Of a DNA stretch of 64,000 nucleotides, positions 10,801 to 26,088 are shown piece by piece. The first letter of the stretch is position 1, and every line of letters starts with the position of its first letter. Under the pieces are notes generated by a model. That model was not told the DNA's origin, ran no database searches, and saw only the letters and a list, made by a program, of their open reading frames with translations. Source of the DNA: Styela clava (lineage: Eukaryota); NCBI RefSeq assembly GCF_964204865.1, contig NC_135261.1, positions 6,882,001-6,946,000 on the forward strand, given 5' to 3'. Made by a program: the position numbers and the translations under genes.

Positions 10801-13800
10801 GAAATTCAATGGGAAAACTCATAACACCTTTAATACAGGTAACTGATAGAATAAAGGAATTTTGCTGTACTTACAATGGCTATATCAATGGATGGATCAA
10901 TATCAATGGATTGGGAAATGGAAGTTGGAAAGCGGAAATCACTTTTTCTCCAACTACTGTAAAATTTTTATCCATTATGAATCTATATCCTACAAGATTT
11001 TTTTCAAATCATTTCAGGGGACACCTGTTAATTTTTGAAAGACTCTTGACTTTGTGGATTCGCAATTTCGCCTCCAATGAAAAATGTCAAACCCCGCCTC
11101 ATCTGCCCTGGAAAATGTATTCATGATTTTACAAACACTATTAATTTGCTGCCATCTGCAATTTTATTTTTTATTTTCCCAGAGACTAAGTCCTGCAGAT
11201 CAGCTTCATGTGTTAGAATACAACTCGCATCATTTACTGACATTAGCTGGGAAGACTGGAACTCTTGATAAAGAACAGTTTGGATTTGCAAACCCTCTCC
11301 AACTATATGGGTAAAATATTAGATATTCACCAAGATCACTAAGATATTCACACTTCCAGGGGTAAATTTTGCGAACAGGTAAGTATGTGACCGAATGTCA
11401 CCAATAACGATATTGCATATTGAAACGTTGTGTTTTGCATAAGACAGCGAGCGGCTCCCAAACTTTTCGTTCGTGCGGCGATAAATTATCATGGAAAAAA
11501 CTCACGGCACACCTACACGAAAAAAAATGCTGCCTCTGAATAAAACTCAATTTTGTGATTGTCAGTGTGTACTTTTATGAATTTTAAAGTTTGGAATCAC
11601 GAGGCCTAAAAGAATAATGACAAAAGGTCAACTCTTCTTTCTCATATATGTCTGATATTCCTTTGAAATACTGAAAAATTCACTCATTTTCGCTAAACTC
11701 GGTCCAGAAGATAAATAAACTGCAGCTCGTGAAATTGCAACAATTAGTTTCTACCTCTATTGTTACATAACAATGGAGGCAGACACTGTGTAACAGAAAG
11801 TAAACGACATAGAATGGTAAAACGAATTTATTTTGTTTCCTATACACATCATTTAAAATAGAAACAAAACATTTATGGTAAATACAATAAATATTTTACT
11901 TTGGAATATGATGCAATGTCAATCATGTTTTACTACTCACCCAATTACCACTTTTAGTGAAGGACTTCTCTCTCATGCTACTTATCTCCAACATCAAGAT
12001 ATTGCCGACAATAAATTTGAAGATGCAAAAAAATCCTATGTTTCATCACAGAAGATCATATCTGATGAATTGATGTATAATATTGCATCGTATAATTATA
12101 TGTACATGGGGATTGGAATGGTTTTAACATGGCTGGTGAGTTTGATAACATTTAATATGGTTATTGGTAACTGTTCTTCAATTTGGTATTGAATTTGAAA
12201 ACGGTTTTGGGGATAAACCAAAGCATAATGGAAGCAGTCATTTATGGTATTTGAAAAAATATGGATCTGAAGGCCGTTTGTCAAGCACCTGATTGCTGAA
12301 AAGATCAGCAGACAACTATGTTCCAATGCTTCATAAAAAGCATTCCCATGAATTAAAATAAAACAGTCAAATATCAATTGAAGTATTGACTCCAATAGCC
12401 CCAATAAAAAATGTAAAAAAAAAAGAAATTTTAGCAGATTTGGCCATGTATCTGTAATGAAAATATGAAATTGATTGATCTGTTAGTTGAGGAGAAAACA
12501 GATTTTTTCTCAACGAGAACAAAAAAAAAACATTGCAAAACATCCACTTTGCCTCTAATGTCAGTTGATTGAAGTAATATAGCATTTCTCCGAATTTTCA
12601 GGGTTATTTTGCTGTAGCAGTCTCTTGGGGCCAAATTGTGTTAATTCATAAAGCTCCAACGAACACTGACGAGCCTCGAGACGCACCCTCCTCACCTGTA
12701 ACCTGGGGTGTACTTGCAACGTTGGGTACTATAGTTCATGGAATGAGTCTCTTATCAAGCAGTTTCCTTGAGGAAGAACATCAAACTTGGTATTTTTTGA
12801 CAACAACGTTTCTGGCAATCCTGTTTTGTAGTGTTATTATGGAAATTGTTGGCAAAAAACTTGGAATGGCTGAGACTATTCAGAAAGGATTTTTTTCTAG
12901 AAGTAAGTTAGAATTGCATTGTTATATATATTTTGCTTTAAAGAGGATAGATGAATAAGTGTAGAAATTTTGTTTTCACAAAATGGTGACAGTTACGGGT
13001 GATTCAACGAGTCTTCCTGCATACTGACACAAACGTATTTTTGTGTCGTTCTGTGTGGCCAAGATGTCTGCCTGCAAACCCAATTGATAAAACAATATTT
13101 GTGATCTGTTTTTATTTTTAAATAATTTTAATTAAAATTTGGACGTTTTTGAAATTGGAAGTACATCATTTTGTTTGCTAATTTTGTACTTTTGAGTAAT
13201 TCATGGCAATTTGCAACAAAATTAAATATATGTAACTATAAGCATAACATTGGATCTATTATTTATAAACAAGTCGGCTTTTGCTGACTTTGACTTAACT
13301 TACATTAAAATACCTTTAGTGCACATTTGCCACATTGGAAACTTGCCTTGAATTCACAATTTTATATTTTAGAAAAATCTTCACCAACCCGCAAAGTTCG
13401 AGGAAAAGAAGAGTCGATGGAACTTCTACATCGAGCTAAATCAGATGAATCTGTCGACTCAACTTGGGATTTTGTTGAGTTAGAAACAAACACCGAGGAG
13501 GAGTTTACTTTCGACAAAACAAAGAAGGGTCCTCAAAATGTGAGGATATTTTCATTTTTTATCAAGCTAGGATTAATGTACAAGCATAATTTTTGAGAAA
13601 TATCAAGTCCAGGCATCTGCAATGAATGATTAACTTTTTATCTATTCTTTCGTACCTATATGAAAACGGAATTATAAATAATTGACATAAAATTATGTAT
13701 GTTTCCAATTGAGTGATTAATTCCACTCATTTGAGGCTTTCATGTTTTTTTGGTTGGACTTCTTGCTCTCCAGTTTTTCAACTGGTCTACTTATTCATCC

Positions 13801-16800
13801 TTTTAGGATTCAGACATTCACATAGTTGGAGTTTTAATAGCAAGTCTTATTGCACATCGAGTACTTCGAGCTTGGAATAGAACGGGCATACAGTATGTTG
13901 ATTTACCAGATATTGGTAAGTGTGCTACCAGATTTCTGAAGAATATTGATAATTGTGCATAAATTACTGTTTAAATATTCCCCAAGCTCTTCAAGAGTGA
14001 GACCATATTGTTTGGATCTATTATATATCATCCTCTCGTGTTTTACATATAATTCCTCGTTGACTTCTTTACTAATGTATAGGGTATCCATAAAGAAACT
14101 TTTTCAAAATTGCAAAGGGAATTTATTGATACCATATATTATTTTGGCCCTCTCAGATGTAATAAATGATGTAAAAGTACCATTACTGATTAAAAAACAA
14201 ACCTGTTAAAAGATATTGAGAACTGACTTCATAACAAATTGAAAGTGTAAAGGGACTTTATGGACACCCTGTAAATAATGCCTTTACCATATCAGACCCT
14301 AATGATAACATTATTCTGTATAGATATTTGAAACGCTGTCAAAATATATCGTTCATATTATATACACACAGTAACCATTAGTCAGTAAGCAGGAATCACT
14401 ACAGTAAGAATAGTCCATTTCGCAATGTGAAAAATTATGGTGAATCAGCATTCATTTTGCTTATTAAAATTCGACTTCATTACCGTGTTGTTGTATTCCA
14501 GGTGATTGGCTCAACAGGCCTGATAACAGCCCAATACTGGGGCTGACCCACTTAATCAGTCTTATCAGTATTGCCATTCTACTAGAGATGATAACGAATG
14601 GAAAAGATATCTGGAGAAGGGGTGTGGTGTGGGTTGGACTCGGTTGTGTGTTCTGGTACAGAAGCGCTGTGATGCGGGCATTGAGGGGTGAAGAAATATC
14701 AAATGGAGACCATGCTATGTGGGTAACTTAGTGTTCAGATTTTGTCTTCAAAAGATACCAGTATTTGGTAAAAGTGGAAATAATATTGTTATTGTTCACC
14801 ACCTCACGCAGGGCGATTCCGAATCGAAAAGATTCTAGTCTTTCCCATGAATAGTAGCTCCTTATGCATTTTAGATATCAGTACTTATACAGGCTTTGTT
14901 TAGAGCGAAAAGCATGAATGAGCGTCGCATAACAAAAAATGGTACTGAATGGTTACGTATACTTTAGTGTAGTATACTACACCGTAGGCAAGAAAATATA
15001 AATTTCAACCGCACTTTTGTAATTTGAATTCCAACCTCTCGACTTTAAAAAAGGTTCTATTCAAGCATCCGCTGTTATCTAACGATGTGTAAGGGAGTTA
15101 GAAAGAACCGGAATCTTTCATAGTCGTCATAGCTTGTTCAATTTACTGCACCCTGGGTGAGGTAGTGGATATGGGATTTCAACACTCCCCTGGGGGGTAA
15201 TGCGATGCCAACAAGTTTTTTTTTTCAGTTTATGATAAAATATTCCTGGTTTTCTTCATTGCTTGTTTTTCCCTGAATGTTTCAATATATAAACATAGCA
15301 GGCGTAACGCAGGCAAAGATTATTTGAAATGCTTCTTGTTATCTCAGTGGTGATTCTCTGCTGGGAGAAGCAGTGTTTCATACATGATATAATAAATTTT
15401 GTTGAATTATTTTCCTGTCTAATTAAGAATGTAAATGGACATGGCTAATAATTAAAGCTCGTTGCGCTGCATTTCGTATTATGGGTTCGAATCCTGAGCT
15501 TGATAATCATGTGTGATAGGATGGATTGTTACTCACTTTCTCTGTCACAGTTGCAAGGCCCACGTAACTGTTTCATTGCCATCCAATACCATGCGTGATG
15601 CGTCTGAAATGATTACCTGGTGTTTTATTCGTATATCCGACATGGACTCGTACTAGACAAAAAACAGTGGTTCACTATATCATGACTTTTTTTTTTGAGA
15701 TTTGAGATTTTATCATCACAGATTCTTAAAACACTTTGGCTTCGTATAGTTTATATCAGTATAATGACTTGGGAGTATTCGTAGCCGGAATTGTGAGAGA
15801 ACTCCGTTGAGTGTGACTTACACCTAAGAATTATATGATGTAGTACGGTGAATAATTATTTTGTTAAACCTGGTATATTTCCTGTTTTCAGTGGCTTGTT
15901 ACCGGCTTTGCTGTCTTACCTATCAGTTGTGTTAGTTCTTGGAAGAGGAATATTTTTGAAATCAAGAAAGATATCTGGTGAGTGGAGAAATTTTTATGAT
16001 ATGTTTAATAATTAGAAGAAGCTCTATTTAGAACTCGGCTTATACTACTAATTCTTTGATATTGAATCCAAATCTTCATTGATTTACTCATAAGCAAAAG
16101 ACTGGGATTGTCAAATTGGAATAATATACAGTGATACCTTTACTAGTCGAACATAATTCATTCATGATTGGTGTTTGAGTAGTGAAACTTTTTTGCTAGA
16201 GAAAACGATGGTAATTATCTTTATACAATCTTACGCTTTCCAAAATATTCATGACTTTTTATTTTTCAAAAACATGGAAATGATAGACTTTGCCATGCAA
16301 TACTGTAACGCAAAATCATACACTCGAACAGCATTCTCGTATTTCACAGTAATTTCTTTTTCCAACAAATCATCAGTCGAACACCAATCCTGAACGATCG
16401 CGTTTGAAAACCGAGGTATCACTGTATATGCTTTTATGTTCTATATCAGGAGTGTGCAACCTATAATACAGAAGAGCCATATACAAATAACTGGGTAAAA
16501 CCGAAGGCCGCACCTTTATTTGACATAGGCTCTCTCTGGTGTTGCGAGCACAAAAATTTTGATTATTGATCTTATGACGTAGATTGGTCGATTCGCCCGA
16601 GCTAGCTGTTAGGGCATTGTAACGTCATGAACATAGATGAAAAAAAAAATTGACTCAGTTGCAGTTACAGGCTCGGAATTACTCGCGCGTACCAGATTAA
16701 ACTAAATTGAAAACTCATTTCGCGGGCCTCACAATTTTTCCTTGTGGGCGCATTTTGCTTGCGAGCCACAGGTTGCATGCCTCTGTTCTATATTATTGCC

Positions 16801-19800
16801 CTGATGAAGTTATTATTGACTTTGTGCCAGTTCTGCCTGCATTTGCTATTTCGATTTGATTGTTGAACCTTTTTTAATTTCCCAGGAACTAAAACAATGG
16901 ACTACATCATTTCATCAGTCATATTGTTGAGTTGTTTGCTTTTACGTCCCCACAACGTTTGGGCATTAGTCATCAACCTCTATTTGTATTGGTCAGTTTT
17001 TCGTCTGCTCTGGCCAATCGTGGAGGAGGATTCTACTTATTCAAATTTACAAATTGGAAAAATTGTCCTCAGGACTACACTGTGTTACTGGTTTGGACAA
17101 ATGTCCTATTTCAGTTTTGTAAGTAACTTTTTTGCACAGCCTTTTTTCACATTGTCTTCGAGGCGCAGTTCTTACCACTTCATGGCAGCTCCTGCCACGA
17201 ACGAACGGCGGCAGCTCTTGCCATGGTTTTATAGCGCTATTCAGTAATCAGTATTAACGGTATATTCACAAATAACAGACCAGATTTTAATTGATCATGC
17301 GGAATTATATCTACTTAAACCCTAACCCTACCCCCACATTCATCAAAACTGTATCCATAAGAAAAACGTTCCAACTTACCCAATATTCGTCACCATAAGG
17401 GACAGCCCTTTCTTTACAGCCCACCTGCCGTAGTTACGGCAGCAAAATTTTACCTGCCATTGGTTTTCAATTTGCTGCCGCGGTAACGGCAGCCTGTCAT
17501 TGGTTTGTGGCAGCTACAAACTCAGTCGCCATTGGTATGGTATGGAAATACCGCCATGGTTTTGCGGCAGCTGCAGACGCCACAGAATACTTAAAACTGC
17601 ACTTGTTGTCTTCCCTACTAGCGGCCTTTTTTATTTAAGTAGCCATCATTTTTGAAAGAACCAGAATATTTCCGGTTTTGCAATGGATTACACTCAGGCG
17701 AAGTGGTGGAATAGCATATCAAATACTGTTCTAAAAAGCCATCAATTCATGTGTCCTAAACACAGTCGAAGCGATAAATTGAGGTTTATCTGTATAGTAA
17801 ACATAGAATATTGGGTACTCTCGCAGTATGTGTTACCAGGCTGCCCATAGGCTTTCGTCCCTTCACACAACTTGATGTAAAGTAGGCGAACAAATTAGTT
17901 ATATCCATATTGATACACATACTTCTGGAGTGCCGAATATTGAACCTCATTTTGATGTTAGAAGGTACTTTTGGTTTAATTTGAGTACAATTCCCAATAT
18001 TATGATATTAATTCTGACTCTGAGGAATTTGTAATTTCAACTTTGACTCAAATGCCAATAACAACGCTTCGTGTTATCTGGGGTAAACGTTACCCATTTG
18101 TTGCAGTCGTCTAATATCTAAAACTAGAACGGGTTTGTTGATTATCACAATATTCCAAGAACAAGAATGGTGTGGCGCATCGTGCTAAGCGTTAGGAATA
18201 CGCTCGCCACCGCATCTCTGATTACCCATCGTGGGAATGCAGGTTCGAATCCCATGCGGGGATGGTCATGTGCGAGAGGATTGCTGGACTCCTCGCCGCC
18301 ATAGGGTGGTTCACGTAACCTCTGGTCGGTTACGGCTTCCTCCACCATAATGTCCATGTCTCTGAAAACAAATAACTGGCTAACTAATCCCATACCCGAC
18401 CTGGACTGGTAACCGGACAAGAGGCCGTGGTTTGCCATATGATTAAGCCGTCTTATCAAATTTCCTCTTCCCCAGAATAAATATGTAAATCCTAAGTCCC
18501 TCCGAACCCCATAAACCCCAACACTGAGAATAACCCTCTCACTTTCTTTCCTCTTTTTTTTTATTTTCAATTTTATTTATTTTAAACCAGGGTAATTCCA
18601 ACAGTCTAGCTTCTATAGATGTCTCTTCTGGTTTTGTTGGAATGTCACATCATACTGGAACACTGGAAGACTCAATTGTTAGATGCTTGATCATATTTAC
18701 TACTTATATTGGACCAATGACTTGGACAATGCTTTGTCTAGCGGACAGCGTGGACGTCACTCTACAAAGTATGTATTAATTGCTGAATATAATAAATAGA
18801 CTGTTGATAATATGATTTTTAATGCATCAGACAGTTAATGTTTAAAAAGGCGCTCTCGTGGGTAAAAGAGCACAATGTTTTTATAATCATCTCGCCCCGT
18901 TAAAATCTTTCTCTGTTTTGCCTGATGCCTCTATTACTGTAAGGCTAAGCGATAGCCGCATTCTCTTCTCTTGTCAGCTGGTGATGAACATTTGACCAGT
19001 GAGTTCAGGGTTGCTACAACCTGTCAAAGCTGTGTTAGCAAACTGTGCAAGAACTCAAAATTTTAATGTCTCACCAAAATGTTAAATAAATAAAATTTAG
19101 CATTGTGAGAATTTTTTATTCGTTGTGTGCATGGAAAATACTAAAGTTTTTGAGTGGCCCAGCTAGATGTCTAAAGTTGGCTATATGTAGGCTTACCATA
19201 CGTCCCGCTTTTCAGCGTTTTGTCCCACCGTCCCGATAAGTCAGTCAAAAGTCCCGCTTTTCTACCATGATACACAAACATGTTCTCGTTACTGTTGTTT
19301 CTGTGTAGTGCAGCGCTAGCCTACTTACTGAAGGTGAATGCGTTCGTTTCCTGCTGATTCCCATTCATGGCAGACACATCGCATGTAAAACCAATACTAA
19401 TTAGTCTAAATTTGAATTATTTGTACCCGTATCGTTACCGTCAATTCCTTCCAACTGAACCCGATATTTGGACAGAGAATATGCGCATGAAATTTCGATA
19501 ACAATATGGTCAATAAAGACAGCCGGGACAGCTTTAAATGTAGGAATGTAGGCCTGTGTAGTAAAATTGGAAAATGTGAAGTTACAAAATCGTTGTCTTT
19601 TGAGGTGTCCCGATTTGTCACAAAAATATGGTAACCCTAGCTATATGGTCCATTGACAAAAATGTTGCACACCCCTGCCTTAACATGACAGTTCTTATGT
19701 GCTTATTTCACGGACCAGGAGGCACAATGTCAATAAATTGCGTGAGTTGGAGTTTTGTCGATACCTAAGGTGCACCAGGGTGTATGACACAATGGTTTAT

Positions 19801-20339
19801 AGGAGTATCTAGTTACTGTACGAAGCTTATTAAACAAAAAATTTTTTAGAGTTATTGTATTTTATTCAAAAGGGAACGTAAAACGGCGGTTTGTTTCTAT
19901 AATAATAGTACTGGTATTATTTTGTAGGCAATAATGCATAAAGCACTACCTGACCCATACATTAGGCGCACCGACTCATAAGGCACATGATCGATTTTTA
20001 GAAAAAATTATTTAAAGTGCGCATTATTGTCTGTAAAATACGGTATATGATATTTTCACTCATTACAAGTATATATTTTAATCTGTATCTTTGTTTTTTT
20101 CATCTACAGATTCCACTTCGAAGCAATATTCCAGACCTGCGTTGTTAGCTGTATTCTCTACGTTCGCATTTCTTCGTATCACACCAACTGCGTTTTATCT
20201 CATTCTTATAACAGCCATGAGATATCATCAATTTGTGTGGAGTGTGTTTGCTCCTAAGTTACTATTTGAAACTGCTTCTACTGTCATTTATGGTGCGATG
20301 TTGCTGGCTGCTTCCATAGCTGCTAAATGGATAACTTGA
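4870..20339 (+). CDS. PIGG: GPI ethanolamine phosphate transferase 2, about 963 aa. Exons 4870-4938, 5565-5709, 6359-6543, 7299-7511, 8076-8184, 8681-8763, 9872-10017, 10724-10838, 11183-11310, 11958-12135, 12602-12902, 13373-13539, 13807-13915, 14502-14718, 15892-15977, 16886-17118, 18591-18768, 20110-20339
   Basis: Continuous spliced frame. Motifs: LKGFFP, PTLTMPRIKALMTG, FYGDDTW..L.P, SFFVTDYTEVDKNIT, GDHGM..GSHGG, QQIDLTSTLSVLFGLPIPRNSMG, SSSFLEEEHQTWYF, LLLRPHN, GNSNSLASID, HQFVWSVFAPKLLFE. The exon 14 donor (14718, GTGGGT) was chosen to preserve frame. Confidence 0.92.
14080..14271. mobile_element. Tc1/mariner-type MITE
   Basis: TIRs AGGGTATCCATAAAG/CTTTATGGACACCCTG flanked by TA. Confidence 0.65.
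16129..16424. mobile_element. Tc1/mariner (pogo/Tigger-like) MITE
   Basis: TIRs CAGTGATACCT/AGGTATCACTG with TA on both sides. Confidence 0.7.
16447..16785. mobile_element. hAT-type MITE
   Basis: TIRs CAGGAGTGTGCAACC/GGTTGCATGCCTCTG, 8-bp TSD TTCTATAT. Confidence 0.8.
18169..18492 (+). mobile_element. tRNA-derived SINE. Related copies at about 30745-31020 (-), 42778-43050 (-), 43760-43945 (+), 15440-15680 (+, degenerate)
   Basis: Pol III A box TGGCGCATCGTG and B box GGTTCGAATCC. A shared body (GGATTGCTGGACTCCTCGCC...GGTTCACGTAAC...TTCCTCCACCAT) is dispersed through the window. Confidence 0.8.
19188..19639. mobile_element. hAT-type MITE
   Basis: TIRs TAGGCTTACCATA/TATGGTAACCCTA, GTCCCG subterminal repeats, 8-bp TSD GCTATATG. 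Confidence 0.8.
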
Positions 20340-23042
20340 TCGATTGTCTCAATTTCACACACAATATACCAATTTGTTCAATACCATTTATCTATATGGT
20401 TACAATGCATTGAAATGGCGAATTTATACCATATTTTTTATACAGCGCGACTTATTCACCCTCATATGCCAAACAAAGCACTGGACAAGAAGGCGCAGAA
20501 ATCTAAAAATATGTAGGGAGCTGCCATTTTGGGCTATTCATACCAAGATGGCGCACAACCTGCTAACCCTAACCTGGTACACACACTAGGTTCAGGTTGT
20601 GCGCCATATTGGTACGAATACTACGGGAACACCCCATTTCGTAGGGATCAGAATCCGGGACTGGTAACCAGAAAAGTTTGCTGTATATTTTGTTTGATAA
20701 ATATGAGATACAGTGATATCTTTTGGAATTTCGTCATTTTATATTATTGACCTTGTCGTAGCAATAGATGGTTTAGTATTAGCTGTTCTACTCTCCTATT
20801 CCATTTATTATGAATTTCTCATTATACTTTGTAGCTCTCATATATCGAAGCTTTGCGGTAATAGTGTTGTATGCATGTTGTTGAGTATAGGTCACTGACA
20901 ATGTGTTGATAAGCTGTCCTCAATTTGAAGCTGTTATGCAGGAATCTTCAGAATGGCCAAGTTTTCTATTCATTGGTCCCAATACTATGCAGTGATTTGT
21001 TACAAAGTAGAAATTTTAATGATGTTGTTTTAATACATTTCGCTTACACAGACATTTTCACAAGCTAACACCTATTGTTATTACAACAAAATGGAGTAAC
21101 ATTTGGAAGGATTTAATGACCCACTGAACTGGGCATAAGAGATCCAGTTCCCTTTTCGGCAACTTGAACAACAAAACACAAGTGACTCCGCTTTTTTCAA
21201 AAAACCCATGTAATATTTGTTACACTAATTTCAGAAGATATTAACCCGATCCAATATTGGTGTTTCAAATCCTACTGCCAGTGATCTGGCCGGATTTGAG
21301 TTACACATTTGCAAAGTATTTTTAGTTGGTTGTTAAATATTGTTTGTAGTTGTTACTGTTTTATTTATTTAGACAGAAATTATAAGATGCAATTTTTCTA
21401 ATGGTGTTCTTCATCTATAAAACCATAATCGCGTATTGAATGTGGAAAATCTACATGATCGCTGAGGTTGTAGTTGTTCATAGATGATGAATAAACTCGA
21501 GCGTTTCTGCCAAGCACACACACAAATATTGTTCTCAGAAATGTCTCTAAAATAGAGGATGCCATGTGCGATCACAGTGATTTTAGTGTTTACATAACAC
21601 AACCATATTAGGGTTAGACACCAAATTCGATGAAAATGTCTTTTTGGGGTTAAACGCGTACCAACGTGGCACCACAGTTGAGATAACGTTCCACAGCCTA
21701 CATTTATGAGATCGCATACCAAAGTGGTTCCGATCGTTCCTTTGGCGTTTACCGAATGATTTTCAGCAAAACGAGTCTACTCGGTATATTCAAAATTACT
21801 TGGAATCCTATAACGTTGAGGTATTCGAATATGAACGCTCGTGCTTTTTTACCGTCGGTGTGGTTAGGACTTGGCACTTTAAACCGCATTAAATTGTTCG
21901 AGATGATTCAAGACGAAAATGTAACGGGAACAGTTTTAAATTATAATTAGGTTCTGAAATCATCGGCTCTACCATTGAATAGCTAGCTACCTTAGCTAAT
22001 CATGTGTCTGATTTTGTAACCTAAGTGTGGCCATGTTTCGACACCTTATTTAGAATTTCTCTTCTCCCTGATGAATTTGAGAAATCAGATTTCGTAATAT
22101 TCGCAAATAACTTCGATGCAAGTTATAATGATGACGCGAAACTTGTCCTTTTTCGTGACAGTGTGCGAAGCAACATCTCCGCAAAAGTGTACTTAGTGAG
22201 GGCGAAAAAGTGGTCATTTACGTCATAAATTTTCCGAGGTTTTCAGAACCACTCTCTTATCGAAACAACTAGTGAAAACTTGTTAGAGAGGAAAGTAAAT
22301 TCAGGAATATTTCAAATTCATCATGCCCAAACGTGAGTCAACAAAAGTAGGAAGGATGTTATTTTACCCCATGAAGATACCGAATCTTAGTGATTTTATA
22401 TGTCACAGGTTCTTAAGACAATAAAACACGACATTCGGTGTCGTGTTGTCTTTATATACAGACAAAGCAAGTATTTGTTATGATTTGTGATTTATAACTT
22501 GATAATGTGTTGAATTCCCATGTATTAGGTCATTTCGTCTTCTGTGGTTTAGTAGGATGAGAAACATTGCGGTTAGTTCGATACAACTCTCTCGCCGAGG
22601 GAGGATTTACTGATTAGAGTTTAGCGACCTGTTTTCAAGTTGTTCAATCAATCTGCGTGAATTGTTGATCTCTAGTAATTCTTGAATAGTTTGAGGTGAG
22701 AAAATCTACTTTTACCAAATGCCAGATATACAGACACTGCTGAAAAAATATCACGAGTGCAATAAAACAGATTGGGACAGCAGTGTATCAATTAGAGTTA
22801 ATGCGGGACTCACTGCGACTGCATAGGTTACAGTGTCCTGAGACCGCCCTTGTTTTCCACTTGCGACGTCGAGGAGTCTTGTTTTTCTCATTGTCTGCAT
22901 CTAAATTTGCGTAAAGGGCGAGGGTGCTTCTAATTCTAAGGACAACAAAGGCAGCTAATTCCGAGTCAGGATTTTGACTAACAATTACTAGCTATAAATT
23001 TTTTATTAGATATTATTATCCATATTCAAAACTCTTCAAACA

Positions 23043-25117
23043 ATGTATGCTAAATACCTAATTTTCGTTTACGTCACGTTGGTTGTACACCACGCCAAAG
23101 CCTTACCCAATGGAGCTCCAACCAGCGCGTGTTCAACTTTCATGCCACGTCATGTCAATAGACAAAGTGGCGGATTTCTCAGTTCACAAAGTCTGGTTGC
23201 CTCTCCGTATTCTATTGTTGTATCGAGGACCAATTTCACCAGAAATACAGTAATCAGAGGTAAGTCAAACTGATATTTAGAAGTCTTAAAACTCTAATTT
23301 GTGAGAGTAGATGCAAAGCGTTATTTCACAGCTCGATGTGCAAGACACGACGCGCATATTTTACGACAAAATTTTGGCTTGTCATCGCAGAAACTGCAGG
23401 CAATTTTAATTGCGTCAATGTGTGATTTAATTTCTGGAAATGAACGCTAATTGCGCGGTTTTTAAATCACAAAAAAGCGTCACGCTGAAAAACTAAAATG
23501 TTTATGCTTCGAACACCATAGCATTTTGAATCTAAAAATATCGCCGTTGAGAATAACATTACAATGAAAGAATTTTATGCAATATTCGTGTTTTAAATCG
23601 ATGCTGAAAAATAGTTACATTGGTGGTATCAGCCTCATATAATCAAGTATTCCAAAAATAGTTCGAAAATATTGACGAAGCCAACTCGTTGATAGTAAGA
23701 TGTATACACCTCCCAATGTTGGGGATGTTACCCAAATTTTTTTCGGTTTGGAAAAAAGCGGATTAAAAAACCGGTAAGTAGACCATCCATAGAGCTGTTT
23801 ATTTTCAGTATCGCTTTTTAAATGCAAAATTGCCTTTCACCATTGCTTCAATTGAAATGACCCCGTAAATCATGTTTATTAAATTTGCAGTTCACATTTC
23901 TGACAATCGAACGACCCCAAGTGGATATCGCGGAATACTTCTACAAGCTCGACTCAATGATTCATTCAGTAATGGATCTCAAGGATCGTGGATGAATGCG
24001 CCTCCGTTTACAAAACTTATCCGATGCAACAATCGTAACGACGCAGTTACTCATAGTGAGGTCATAAACGTAAAAAATGAAACGACCGTGTTTGAATGGA
24101 GAGCACCGTGTGACAGAGACATTGGAAATATAGTTTTCATGTAAGTTAATCAGTTCTAAATTTCTGTTCGTGCTCAAAACAAGGATTAAAGAAATTAAAT
24201 TGCTATTTTTAAGAGCATTTTGCTATATTTTACTAATAAACCAACCCATAGTATCGCTATTTAACGATGGTTTGTATCAATCGGTAATGTATAGAATGAA
24301 TGCCATATTAGGGGTCAAGGATCAACTAGTTAGAAACTTGGTACTATACCCTGTTGTCATTGTTATGTTTGATTTTACATAGCCTAGGTTAGAAAATAAC
24401 CATACCTCTAAATTCAAAAGTTAATTGTACACAAGTTTAAAGGTACTTCCGTGGTATGTGTATCAGTCGCCGTACATAACTTGATGTAAAGTAGGCGAAC
24501 AAAATTAGTTACCTCCATATTGGTACACATACTTCCGGAGCGCCGTTTAAACTGATATAGATGAGCTCTCTTGCTCTAGTATGCAAATGCCAATATTAAA
24601 ATATTTTTAATGTATCTTAATTGAGTAACTTTTGTTTTCCAAATTTTAATCATTGTTTGTTATCATTCCCAAATAAGCGCCGCACAATTCTGTGGCATGA
24701 CCCGTAATAACTAAGGCCTGATACCATGATGTAACAACTTGATCCAAACAGACTACCATTTTATGTCTACTTTTCTAACCCGTTTGCATATTTTTACATC
24801 AAAACAACTGTGCTTATTTTGACTGCCTGATAAATGTTTTCAATACAACTATTAAAATAGTAACATATGCACGTGCTGTTTTTCCAATTTTATTGCCTGA
24901 TTATATAATATTTTTTTTATACAGCGCAACCGTGGCACAAACTCGTGAACTTTTCTGGCCTCGTATAACATCAGATGTTGTGATGGAAGTGTCAAATGTT
25001 GGAAGCGGACAAGGACCTACGCAGGAAGACGAATGCGGGGAAAACGAAGCCTCAGTCACCTACGTATCCATACTAAGCTGTATTCTGACAATCCTGACTG
25101 CTTTGTCAATATCTTAG
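23043..25117 (+). CDS. Secreted, probably GPI-anchored reeler-domain protein (defense-protein / ferric-chelate reductase N-terminal type), 219 aa. Exons 23043-23259, 23891-24140, 24925-25117
   Basis: Signal peptide, LPNGAP.SAC..FMPRH, SPYSI, YRGILLQAR, C.NRNDAVTHS, FEWRAP, IVFIATVAQ...FW, hydrophobic C-terminus. TATA-like CTATAAAT at about 22992. Confidence 0.88.
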
Positions 25118-25893
25118 TCGGATAGTTGAGTGGAAAATTAGTTTAACTGAAATCAGCAATGTATATTATTAACTTCATCATATGTACTTTTTACATCTAC
25201 ACGCAACCACACCTTTTCCTTTGATTTGCATGACTGACCAGTGCATGGAAGTATAATTTCGCAAAATTGCATTAGTGTTCGCTGGTAAGGACATGCATTT
25301 TAAATGATTTGTACATAAATTGTCACTGGTAGAATATTTAAGTGAAACTCAACATACAAAATATTCAATGATCACAAATGAGGTGATTCATATGATGACC
25401 GACTTCACTGGCCAGATCTTTTTGTGTGATTTTTGCTATAATATGCGAGGGTAAGCTGATATAGAAAATTCACTTCAAACTTTAAAGCGAATTAGGATTT
25501 TCTGTCCTGGGCTTTTTTTATTCTGAATAATATTTCATTCATATCGCTTCAAATTTAATTTGTTTGAAATGACTGCCTCATGTCAGAACTTTTTTTCTTT
25601 GCAATTTTTTGAATATTATCTACCATAAACAACATTCTATCGACAATCATGTGAGATAGAGTTAACTATTATTCACTAAGCCTTTATATATTGGTTTGTT
25701 TTTTCAAAGTTTCGTTTATTTGTTATTGGTCTTACTTGATGACAAAGATATTGTATTGAAGATATTGAAACGGAAATATTGTATTTGAATAATAATTACT
25801 AGCATGACCCATGACGAAAACTCATTTTAAACCGCTGGTCGGTTTTGTATCCTTATTTTACTTCATACAAATAACCAGTAGCATAGTATAGAT

Positions 25894-26088
25894 CAGTGGC
25901 TCTCAAACGGCGGGGCGCGTCCCACAAAGGGGGCGTACACAATTTTTTGAGGGGACGTGAAGCTAATTGAACCTTCGCCTTACTATCTGTTATTTGCAGT
26001 CTATTGTTAGCTGGTTATTTTTGAGGTGGGACTCGAAACTTGAGAAATTCTAAAAAGGGGGCGCGGCTCAAAAATTTGGGAACCACTG
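25894..26088. mobile_element. hAT-type MITE
   Basis: TIRs CAGTGGCTCTCAAA/TTTGGGAACCACTG, 8-bp TSD GTATAGAT. Confidence 0.85.

Noticed and set aside
18169-18260. tRNA-like A and B boxes
   Set aside because: No cloverleaf, and it continues into a dispersed repeat body, so it is a SINE head rather than a tRNA gene.
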